A DNA stretch of 64,000 bases, taken from assembly GCF_963853765.1 (NCBI RefSeq), contig NC_088858.1:38812001-38876000 (forward strand), given 5' to 3'. Under the pieces are notes generated by a model. It was not told where the DNA came from. It saw only the letters and a program-made list of their open reading frames with translations, and did no database searches. The first letter of the stretch is position 1. The number at the start of each line of letters is the position of its first letter. The position numbers and the translations under genes were made by a program. Shown one piece after another: positions 12,129 through 22,304 of the stretch. This DNA comes from Magallana gigas. Taxonomy: Eukaryota.

Positions 12129-12163
<35 letters not shown>

Positions 12164-13737
12164 GAACAATAGGTATGATAAAATCAGCTTAATGGAGTCA
12201 TAATACAAACTATCTGGACAATGTACAATAATACATGTAGATCCTGTATAAATAAAATCCATTTTCCCCTGGATATTCTTATGTTTATAATCATTAGTCC
12301 CTTTTCTAACAAGATGATTTTATAGTCATATCATATGTTGAGTATTGCAGTTCTCAAAAAGATCCTTAACAATAGTTTATATATTAGATATAAACGTACA
12401 TCAAACTCTGAACCTTCTCGGGAGGCCAAAGAATTGTCATGGGGCCAAAGTCTTAACAATTATAAAGAAACATCTGGCTGTTTAGTTTCTGAGAAGATTT
12501 TTAAAGATTTACCCGATATATTCCTTTGTTAAACTTTGACCCCCCCATTGTGGCCCCACCCTACCCCTGGGGATCATGATTTTCACAACTATGAATCTAC
12601 ACTACCTGAGGATGCTTTCACACAAGTTTCAGCTTTCCTGGCTGATTAGTTTCTGAGAAGAAGATTTTTAAAGATTTACTCTGTTTATTCCTATGTAAAA
12701 CATCGACCTCCCATTGTGGCCCAAACCTACCCCCAGGGTTATGATTTTCACAAATTTGAATCTACACTACCTGAGGATGCTTCCACACAAGTTTCAGCTT
12801 TCCTGGCTGATTAGTTTCTGAGAAGAAGATTTTTAAAGATTTACTCTATATAATCATATGTTAAACTTCGACCCCCATTGTGGCCCCACCGTACCCCCAG
12901 GGGTTATTATTTTCACAACTTTGAATCAACACTACCTGAGGATGCTTCCGAAGAAGTTTCAGCTTTCCTGGCTAATTAGTTTCTGAGAAGAAGATTTTTA
13001 AAGATTTACCCTATATATTCCTTTGTTAAACTTTGACCCCCCGATTGTGGCCCCACCCTACCCCTGGGGATCATGATTTTCACAACTATGAATCTACACT
13101 ACCTGAGGATGCTTTCACATAAGTTTCAGCTTTCCTGGCTGATTAGTTTCTGAGAAGAAGATTTTTAAAGATTTACTCTGTTTATTCCTATGTAAAACAT
13201 CGACCCCCATTGTGGCCCCACCGTACCCCCAGGGGTCATGATTTTCACAACTATGAATCTACACTACCTGAGGATGCTTTCACACAAGTTTCAGCTTTCC
13301 TGGCTGATTAGTTTCTGAGAAGAAGATTTTTAAAGATTTCTCTATATATTCCTATGTTAAACTTCGATCCCCCCTTGTGGCCCCACCGTACCTTGGGGGT
13401 CATGATTTTCACAACTTTGAATCTACACTACCTGAGGATCCTTCCACACAAGTGTCAGCTTTCCTGGCCGATTAGTTTCTGAGAAGAAGATTTTTAAAGA
13501 TTTATTCTATATATATTCCTATGTAAAACTTCGATCCTTCATTGTGGCCCCACCCTACCTCCGGGGATCATGATTTTCACAAATTTGTATCTACATTACC
13601 TGATGATGCTTTTACACAAGTTTCAGCTTTCCTGGCTGATTAGTTTCTGAGGAGAAGATTTTTAAAGATTTACTCTATATATTCATTTGTTAAACTTCGA
13701 CCCCCAATTGTGGCCCCACCCTCAGGTGAGCTAAAAA
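12129..13737 (+). mobile_element. Non-autonomous Helentron element with a ~166-bp (Cg170/BIV160-like) central array; the 3' microsatellite segment is missing
   Basis: 5' end AACAAGAGGCCCATGGGCCACATCGCTCACCTGAG. Perfect 11-bp subterminal inverted repeat GCTCACCTGAG (12153-12163) / CTCAGGTGAGC (13721-13731). Ends in CTAAAAA. The array joins the 3' end directly. Confidence 0.88.
12480..13720. repeat. ~166-bp satellite-like array (~7.5 copies) with trimeric higher-order structure
   Basis: The TTTTCACAA anchor C falls at 12584, 12749, 12914, 13081, 13246, 13410 and 13578 (period 164-168). Confidence 0.95.
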
Positions 13738-14599
13738 GGTTAAGTTTACAATACAATAAGTTGTTTAAGTTGGTTTCTGGAAGAACAGACTTTGAAAATT
13801 TTCTAAATAAATATTGACAAATTTTTTACTTTTAAGCTTTAGTTTTTAAGATCTGTGTACAAACATAGAATTGTGAGCAAATCTCTGTATCTTGCTTATA
13901 ATTCGAAACTTAACACTCAAATATGGTTGGTAAATAGAAATTGTAAACAATTAAACACAAGAAACATGCACTACATGTATAACAAATAAAGAACACAATT
14001 TATTTTTTCGAAATGAATCATATATATACATGTATATACCTACATATTTCCGTCAGCGATATCAAACTCTATTTAAACTGAATAAACTCGAGAAAATGCC
14101 GAGCATCTCAACAAAACCTATTGCATTAATCTACATGTACCATTACGCAAAAGATAATGCCGAATTACCGATAGAATGAATTGTATTTCAGTACCCCTAC
14201 ATCCGATTTTGCTTAATTTGCGCAGGTAAACAGTTAACTGTTTGATTTACCGAAGTCTCTGTTTGATTTGATACGTAAAAATCACGAAATACAGACGATA
14301 GTTTCCAGGTTACAAAGCATAATGAGAACGAAACGAAAATCAGAACAAGCTAACACCAACGTCATGTGTGAAAACTGTCAACGCATTGAAATATTTAGCC
14401 TGAATTTACTTCACAAAATCGGCACCAATATATTTTGTATGTTTCAAAATTTCCCTTCATACGCGAACTGTTGCACAACAAGCAAATTCATCATAGTCAG
14501 ATCGACCCTTTTTCGTATAATGTCATGGCTGCTTTAAACAAAGAACCTCGTTTTAGAAGTATGGAATCATTTTACCGGATGCCGAACCCGAAGCTATTA

Positions 14600-14860
14600 A
14601 ACTGATTGAAACACGCTTTTCCTTTCTTATTATTTTCGTAATAACTCAGATTTGAAACAGAATTACCACTTAATTTTTGCAATTTATATTTTCCTTCCCA
14701 TAAGGATAATTTATGCTAAACTAGAATGAATTTGCCTCGGTAGTTCTTGAGAAGAAGATTTTTAAAAATGCACCCCCCTTTTTCTACAGTTTCAAGGTTT
14801 TCTCCGCTTTGAATACAGATCAAACTTTTATTTCTGCAATTTATATTCGCCCTCCCATAA

Positions 14861-14892
<32 letters not shown>

Positions 14893-14998
14893 ATAAGCGG
14901 TTTTAGAGAAGAAGTTCAAAATGTAAAAAGTTTACAGACGGACAGACGGACAGACAGACGGACAGACAGACGGACGACGGACAAAATGTGATCAGAAT

Positions 14999-15030
<32 letters not shown>
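14600..15030 (+). mobile_element. 3' part of a third Helentron/pearl-like element (5' boundary uncertain, possibly back to ~13950)
   Basis: Two degenerate array units (..TTCTTGAGAAGAAG, ..TTTTAGAGAAGAAG), a GACG/GACA microsatellite 14935-14981, and the terminal hairpin AGCTCACTTGAGCTTTCAGCTCAGGTGAGCT-AA ending ~15030. Confidence 0.8.
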
Positions 15031-15031
<1 letters not shown>

Positions 15032-15080
15032 CAACGTCCAGGATATGTAAACAAAATCCCTTGTAAGGAGGGGTTGATGG

Positions 15081-16514
15081 TTAACTGGTTTGGTTCCTAG
15101 GATATCTGGTGAAGATGATTCCTGGAATCTGACCACGTCTAGCCCCAGTCCCATTCCCGTATTCCTGGGAGTCCAGAAATGTAAACACAACATCATGGCA
15201 GGTGACGTTGGTGGTTCCCTCCTCACTCCAGTAGGTCTTGGCTCCCTTCATTTGTAGGTGGATACAGTATCTCTTGTTGGCCTGCACTATGGCAGGCTTT
15301 CTGAAGAAGACCCGATAGGTGATGCCCTCTGGTGTAGTTGTCAGCTTGCTGTGACAGTCCGCAATGACTTCGTCCGTGTCATGCTTTCTCAGCCAGGCCG
15401 AAACTTTGTAGTTTGACTTTTCTAGCCTTCCACCATACACTACAATGCCATGAATTTCAATCTTCTTTGACACTTTAAAGTCTAGTTTCTCCAGTTCCCC
15501 AGTTCTCCATCTAAAGGTTTCAACATTTGCTTTTTCCAAAGCCCCCAAACGTGTACATGTGATGAAAAATGATTTCCTACGTTTCGTGACAAATTTGATG
15601 TCTGACAACTCTTTATTTGTTCCAGCCATGTATGTGTAGAGATTGATTTTTTCTATTTCAGTCAGAAGTTTGCTGTTCTTTGCAACATTGTCTGCAAAAT
15701 ATGTCAAGTTCATAATTGGAAACCGTATCAAGTAGAAAAGGTCGCCAAGGGCTGCCCTCTGATTCTCCTCCGTAACTGCCAAACTTTGACGACTACACTG
15801 CTTCTTGGCCCAATGGGTCATACACTCCAAAATGTGATCTTCATCCAAAGGAAGATCATCCCTCTCAATTATCTTAGTCACACAGGACTGGCACAGCTGA
15901 GTGAAGGCCTCTGAGTGAATGCTTTCAAAGGCGTGTTTGATGATGTAATCTAGACACATTTTGAAAAGCTCTTCTTCATCAAAGATGTGAGCATTTTCAG
16001 CAATGACACAAACATTGTCTGGATTGATGTTCTTCTCCAAGAAAGACCTGCATTCTTTTGTAACTTTTGAGATTCCATATTTGCGTGCAGCATAAAGAAT
16101 GTGGGTCACATTGTCCTCATTAATAGAAATTTCTTCACAGTACATATACCTATTAAATGAGATCAAAAATAGTCATTCATCAATTTGTTCATGAAAAAGT
16201 TGTTATATAAAATTTATAAATTGTGGTAATATTGTTATGTTTTGTGTATACAAATACCTTAAAATTTGTTCAAAAATATCTTTTTCTATGTCTGGTATTT
16301 CAATCGGCTTGTCACTTTTGTCAAAAGGTCCATACAGCATTGCAAAGAATACACTACTTCGACTTGCCAGCATATAACTGTGTGCCTGTACCAATTCCTT
16401 TGATTTGCCCAATAGAAAACTGATATCACAACCAATCTTTTGCTGTAACATGAACTTGTTGCTCTCTGATAAGCTGCGATCTGACTGCCAATCTCCATAG
16501 CTCAACAAGTCCAT
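15081..16514 (-). CDS. BTB-BACK-PHR domain protein (BTBD1/2/3/6 family, putative CUL3 adaptor), 441 aa
   Basis: Exons 16514-16258 and 16149-15081 (GT-AG, in frame). BTB: CDISFLLG..AHSYMLASRSSVFFAMLYG. BACK: NVCVIAENAHIFDEEELFKMCL. PHR: NGTGARRGQIPGIIF. Probable 5'UTR exons at 17215-17141 and ending at 17371. Confidence 0.92.
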
Positions 16515-17755
16515 TTTTTCTTTTTAATCTTTGTCCCACTTGAAATAAAGTATAGATTTGTTATTAATGTTAACAAAAACAAAGTGCAACATAATTTGTT
16601 AATTTTACTCCATTAAAACTACAGTATAAGTTCAATTTTTAAATTGTATAAGTAGTATAAATCAAAGGAGTTAAAATTAAGAAAGGGTGAAGGGAGTGAA
16701 TTGTACATGAATCATATATATAATATTTCCATAATAAAACATAACCCCCTTTACAATTTAATTAAAATACAGCTCTCTAGAATAGGGTGAAGTGCACAGA
16801 GATCTGACAACGACCCACTGAGGGTTATTTTCTGTAACAAATGAGATACAATACATATAGTTTACAATTCTAATGTGAACTAAAAATATACTGACGTCTG
16901 TACTATATGAAATCAGAATCTCAGTGTATTAATAATATGAGAATATATGGTCACCAATAAAAACGAACAGCTATAAAAATGGTTTTACCAAATGAATGTC
17001 ATAATATCGAAAAAGAAATTAAAGTGTATCTCAATGCACCCCCAAGTTTACTTATATAAACAAGACAATAATAAATGTAGAAAATAAAAATACCACAAGT
17101 TCATATAAATAATTAAATATGCCTGATTTTATCATCTTACCTATGAACAAGAAAGATTGGAATTACCAAAGAAATTTATTTTAATATTTCTTGGACTCTC
17201 TCAGCAGTCCATTCACTGTAAAATAAAACGTTAACCATACGTCAGCGATTTACCCCGTCAGCTGTTTCTGGATCCTATACAAATAAATTCTTGCATAAAT
17301 ACCCCCAGCTGAAAGTAGAAATTTTTAGAAGTTATTAACACCTATTCTACAATATTTTACTTTTATTTACCTGTTCTTTTTCTTTATACACTCAGGTAAA
17401 CGTTTATTTTACAGGTCAGTTGTCAAAAGTTTTCTGTTTTGTTTATGTTTTCTTTTTGACATTATAAATAGTCAGTTGTTCGTGGAAGATTCGTGATGTA
17501 GAAATACCTCGGGTAAAATCGTTTCGTGGAGCGACGTTTTGAAATTAGCATTACACACCTACCCTGACCGATTTTTTATAGTGTTTGAAAAGAACTTAAT
17601 TATATTTCAAAGAGATATTTTTTAAGAGTCCCGATCGACCCTACATGTATACCATTCATTTTAAATATCGGAGTGTCAAGTTTTAAAATCATTACCGTAT
17701 GCAAATCAATGTATTAAATTTTGCATTCGTAATGACATTAGGATAAATTTATTCA

Positions 17756-18025
17756 CAGGCACGTAGCGTCGTTTTAGAAAGTGGGAAGACCCCCCCCCCG
17801 AAAAAACCCTTCTAAAAACCATAAAAATCCTATTCCGGGGGGGGGGGGTTAGACTATAATGTTACTAGAGTACTTATAACTTTAATTTCAATGTTAATTT
17901 CCTTCTTTTCCCTTTTTAAATCTTTATATACTCCCAAAAAGGTGGGGGAGGGTGTCAACTATACGTAAATTTAAATATCCGCTGCAAGAAAAAGTGGTAG
18001 TGGGGGGGGGGGGGGGGTGACGAAG
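17756..18025 (+). mobile_element. G/C-run MITE-like element (CAGGCACGTAGC-ended family)
   Basis: Starts CAGGCACGTAGCGTCGTTTT. The same terminus occurs at 63085 and, reverse-complemented, at 57256-57275. Internal poly-C and poly-G runs. Confidence 0.5.
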
Positions 18026-18326
18026 GTTCCTCCTTTCGGTCGGGGCGTGATCAAATCGGGTTTTATTGGAATTAACACGTATACAAAGAAGACATATCTG
18101 TATGGCAATTTGATATTGAGGTATGAAGGGGAACAGACAGCATTAAGGATATTAGTAACGGATGCGCATCGTTTTCTCAGTTTTTTGCATTAGGGTTTCA
18201 CATATGTACATGTAAGTTAAAAAAACCTTTAATTGGGTGGTCCTTTACACAATATGTCCTTTTGCTCTAATGCTACAAAACTCGCCACCAATGTGTCCCG
18301 TATTACATTAAACACACAGTCTCTCA

Positions 18327-18590
18327 TAGTCCGAAATATCTGACGTTTTTCTGGCTTTTTTAACGATTTACGTTTTCCTGGCAAGTAAATATCAAAATCG
18401 TTAAAAAAGCCAGAAAAAACGTCAAAATCGTTAAAAAAGCCAGAAAAACGTCAGATAGTCCGAAATATCTGACGTTTTTCTGGCTTTTTTAACGATTTTG
18501 ATATTTACTTGCCAGGAAAACGTCGTTTTCCTGGCAAGTAAATATCAAAATCGTTAAAAAAGCCAGAAAAACGTCAGATATTTCGGACTA
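18327..18590. mobile_element. Foldback/Mutator-like palindromic element with a 9-bp target-site duplication
   Basis: Ends TAGTCCGAAATATCTGACG / CGTCAGATATTTCGGACTA. AGTCTCTCA is duplicated at 18318-18326 and 18591-18599. Perfect 67+1+67 hairpin at 18456-18590. Confidence 0.75.
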
Positions 18591-18620
18591 AGTCTCTCAT
18601 TGAGAGGGGTGCCATACCAT

Positions 18621-18840
18621 CCAGTGGCGTCGGGAGCAAATTGAATGGGGGGGGGGGGGGGGGCAGACTAATCCTCAGAAATCTTGACAAGCAAAAAATA
18701 TCACCTAAATCCGAAAATCATGAAAAACCTAATCCGTAGGGGGGGGGGGGGGTATTATACCCTATGATTCCAACTTCTCAATAATTTAATCTTTTCATGG
18801 TAAATTTAGGAACAATTATGTTTGCTGCGAGAAAAATGCC
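18621..18840 (+). mobile_element. G-run MITE-like repeat
   Basis: CAGTGGCGTCGGGAGC start and poly-G tracts. The core AATCTTGACAAGCAAAAAA matches the reverse complement near 57200-57220. Confidence 0.45.
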
Positions 18841-19186
18841 ACCTGTTTGTCTATACAGGGAGACAATCGTTTTGATATATATACGGAATTTTATAAACAC
18901 TTTTCCTTGATTTTACAGTTAAAAAAAAAAATTTCTTCTCAAAACCGAAATTTGGTTTTAAGAGCTTGGAAAAACTGGTATGACTACCTCGTCAAACAAA
19001 TTATTTGCATGGCAAATCAAATTCTCACACTATACATTGCTTTTTCAGTCTATTCACATAAATGTCTTTGCTTTACAAATCCGAACCAGTTCCCGAGAAA
19101 ACATGTACAATATACATTTTTATCAAATTTATTGTAGTAAAATAAATCTCCTTTATTTCATATAGATCATCGGTACTTTTAATATA

Positions 19187-19330
19187 GATGCATGTAGCAC
19201 AAAGTGCAACGTTCATGCATGTAGCACATTGCGCTTCTAACTACGCGAATGTAGCATATCACGTTACAGGAATACATTTAGCACGTCGCGTTATGTGAAT
19301 GCGTGTAGTACATCACGATACATGAATGTA
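19187..19330. repeat. Degenerate ~28-30-bp minisatellite
   Basis: ATGTAGCA(C/T)-type cores recur 5-6 times at roughly 28-30-bp spacing. Confidence 0.55.
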
Positions 19331-21251
19331 GAAAAAAAATTAAAATATTAGAACTATTTTAACAAGAGCTTGGACTTTGGGTAGTTGTTTCACACAGCAA
19401 TGTGACGTAGGCCTGTCTATTTCATTGTTGGTCACTCAGCAATGGCTTTTTGAAATCAACAAGATTTGTCTGGTTCTAAGAGTATTTCCCTCGAAACCAG
19501 CGTCATTTTTAACTCGTTTTGATGTAAAGAAAAAAAAATCACAGGCGCATGATGTTATTATTTTTTCTCATAACAAAAATATATATCCTAGACCTTATAA
19601 TACATATATATATATATATATATAGTTACGTCTAGAGGCCCCATGCATTCTATGCTCATTAACTCCACGCAAGTTGTCCTTTAATAGTAACGTTATAGGT
19701 TTCGTTTTAAATCACACAGCATACATTAGTTCTAGCACTTCTCAATAATAGATGGATTTGTGGATTGGTGCCTGAACCTGCTTGAAGTTTTAAGCTGTTA
19801 CTGTAAGACCGAACACAATGATTTCATTTCGTGCGGCGGGGCGCGAAAGCAATTGCATGTATATCAGATATCTGCATTCCATATTTAATGCGATATCGCA
19901 CAATATCGTGGGAAATAAGTTGGTTATACACCTTTCTATCAAAATGGTCCACCTTAAAATTGAGGGTAATTTGATCTTTTAATTGGACAATTTGCCTGTT
20001 GAGTTGAGGCAATTTCCTTAATAAGTGCAGACTTAAATCAATATCTTCTGTATCTTGAAAAGGTATTACGCCCGGGGCATAGGTTTTTACCGTGGTATAT
20101 AAGTTTGACCTAGAGTCACAAACCACAGTCGATAGATACGATCCTCTCCAATCTGGTGAGAGTCATGCGGACACCAGACCGTGGCTTTTCACCTGTCAAC
20201 AAAATAAAAACGCCCAGTTTAATAAAAAGTTTATTGCAAGGAAATGTACAAAGATGTATAACATACATGTCATGAGAAAATAAAACCTTAAAATAAGGGA
20301 TAAAAAATGAAAACACAAAACAAAACAAAATCAACAAAAGATAAATTGGGCATTGTAAAAAATTAACTGAACTAAAAATAATAAAGTATGTAAAAAATAA
20401 AAACCAAATAATAACGGGAAATAAAAATTACAACATAATAATAGTGGGTAAACAAATAAAAAGGGTAAAAGGGTAACAAAAATCAAACAAACAAAAAAAA
20501 CAACAGAAAATACAACGCCTATTTGAAATGCACAACTCAGCATAACTATACTAGCTTAGAGAATGAAAGTTGTTAGATACAATGGGATACAATTCGATGT
20601 TATCAGTTTCGTTTCCTGCACGGGCAAGTGTACAATGTACATCGCTAGATACAGTCATTCGTTGGTTAATCACCGAATCACTTTTGGCATTTGTGACACG
20701 AGTACACGCTCCTTGCGAACTTCCAACCAAAGTTCTACGATTTGGGTTACTATGGCAATATCAAGGAAGTTAAAAAGAACAACTGACCACGGAACTCTAG
20801 TGGAAATGTTAATCTCAACACCTGTGTTATAACAAAACGTTTCCTATTCTGTCTCATTTGTAAACAAAAATTGCATCTGTTATTGCTCACTGTAAACATC
20901 TGTATGTAAATGTAAACTGTCGGAATTAATAAATTAATCTGAGGGGTAACCAGGTTACATCTCTATGTTTGATGGAATCCACGTTTTCTGATCTAGCGAA
21001 ACCAAACGATAATCTCTCCCTTTTTATAGCACTTTGCGAGTCGACACAACAGGTAAATTTCGTGTCCAAATAAACTAGCATAATTGACACCCGGTCGCTT
21101 TCAAGGCAGAAAATCAATACTTGCAGGTGCGCGGCAGAGTGTGGGAATTTTGGCGCGCTATTCTGTAGGAATGTCACGAGGCATTGTAATGTAAATTTCA
21201 CACATGAAATGTCAACAGACCAGATTCGACGTGTCCTGCTGTGCATTCTAG

Positions 21252-22304
21252 TTACATTCTGCTCATTTCATACAATTCAAGCAGTGTCAACTTTGATTGC
21301 TTGGTTGCGTAACACTTGGAAAGGACAAGCGAGGACAGAGATGCAATTGTTTCCAGTGTGGGTCTACAAAGAGGCCGAGGGTCTACACATGCGGCAACCA
21401 AATTCTGCATCTGAACGGAATAGCTGTCGTTGTAAAATTTCTCATTTTCTTGCACCAAGCCGGTTGATAAGGACTGGGACGACATCGCGTGGATGATAGC
21501 ACCCAATCCCCAAACCAAATTTTCTGGCCCGACGTATCCCCATTGCAGAACTTCAGGGGGTACATAGGTACAGGAAGACGTTTGAAATTGCAAATGCGAC
21601 CCACTTTTCATCGGCAAGTAAAGCAGCATGTTTTCCATCAAAATCCTGCCACGTTCGTTGATAACAATGTGGCGAGGTTGACACAGTTCCCACGGGTATA
21701 CTCCGTGACTCCCCAAGTACATCAGTAGATCTGATAACTGGAAAATGGTCTCCCAAATCAGAACTTCTGGAATTCGTCGTCCTTGAAAATTTACTTTGAA
21801 AATTAGTTCTTCGAAATTAACAACTGGCAAATCAAAGACGTGAAAGACTCGGTCACTCTCATTGTCATGCAACTGTAAATGACATGTCATTAGATTTTGA
21901 TGCCTGAAATCGCTCCACATTTCCCGCGTTTTCGTGCTGATCATCTGTTGCGATCCCGAACAATTGCATGTTGTACACACTTCGTTTCTCCTTTCCGATT
22001 TCAGTAAAATATTCGTCCCTGAGAAAGTACATTTTCCTGGATAAATCTGGTGGACTTTGTGATGCACGTGGTTTGGAAAATTAAAATTGTATTCCACATG
22101 CATGTCATCCAAGGCAAAGTCCGTGGGAATGTTGAAGGTGCATAGGAATTCTTTTATCACAGTTGGTAATGGAAGGACCCAGACATTCTGAATATTGTCA
22201 ACTCCAATCCTTTGTAAAATTTTATGTCGGCAAGCATCTTGAAGCGATCGCACACCACTTTTATTTCTTACCCCTAGTGTTAAAGTCCTTCTTCCTTCTT
22301 TCAT
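21252..22304 (-). CDS. Intronless N-terminal SOCS-box protein fused to a NEK-like pseudokinase domain, 350 aa
   Basis: Single uninterrupted ORF. SOCS box at residues ~18-54: BC-box SLQDACRHKI, Cul-box LPLPTVIKEFL. Kinase-fold landmarks: ILLK, E128 followed by HQNL, IPEVLIWETIFQL, YVPPE, VWGLG, CVDPRPLCRPT. HRD, DFG and the Gly-rich loop are degenerate. Confidence 0.88.
   Translation of the reverse strand: MKEGRRTLTLGVRNKSGVRSLQDACRHKILQRIGVDNIQNVWVLPLPTVIKEFLCTFNIPTDFALDDMHVEYNFNFPNHVHHKVHQIYPGKCTFSGTNILLKSERRNEVCTTCNCSGSQQMISTKTREMWSDFRHQNLMTCHLQLHDNESDRVFHVFDLPVVNFEELIFKVNFQGRRIPEVLIWETIFQLSDLLMYLGSHGVYPWELCQPRHIVINERGRILMENMLLYLPMKSGSHLQFQTSSCTYVPPEVLQWGYVGPENLVWGLGAIIHAMSSQSLSTGLVQENEKFYNDSYSVQMQNLVAACVDPRPLCRPTLETIASLSSLVLSKCYATKQSKLTLLELYEMSRM

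Noticed and set aside
21209-21756. Alternative-frame and antisense ORFs overlapping the pseudokinase
   Set aside because: Expected by-products of a long coding region, with no independent signals.
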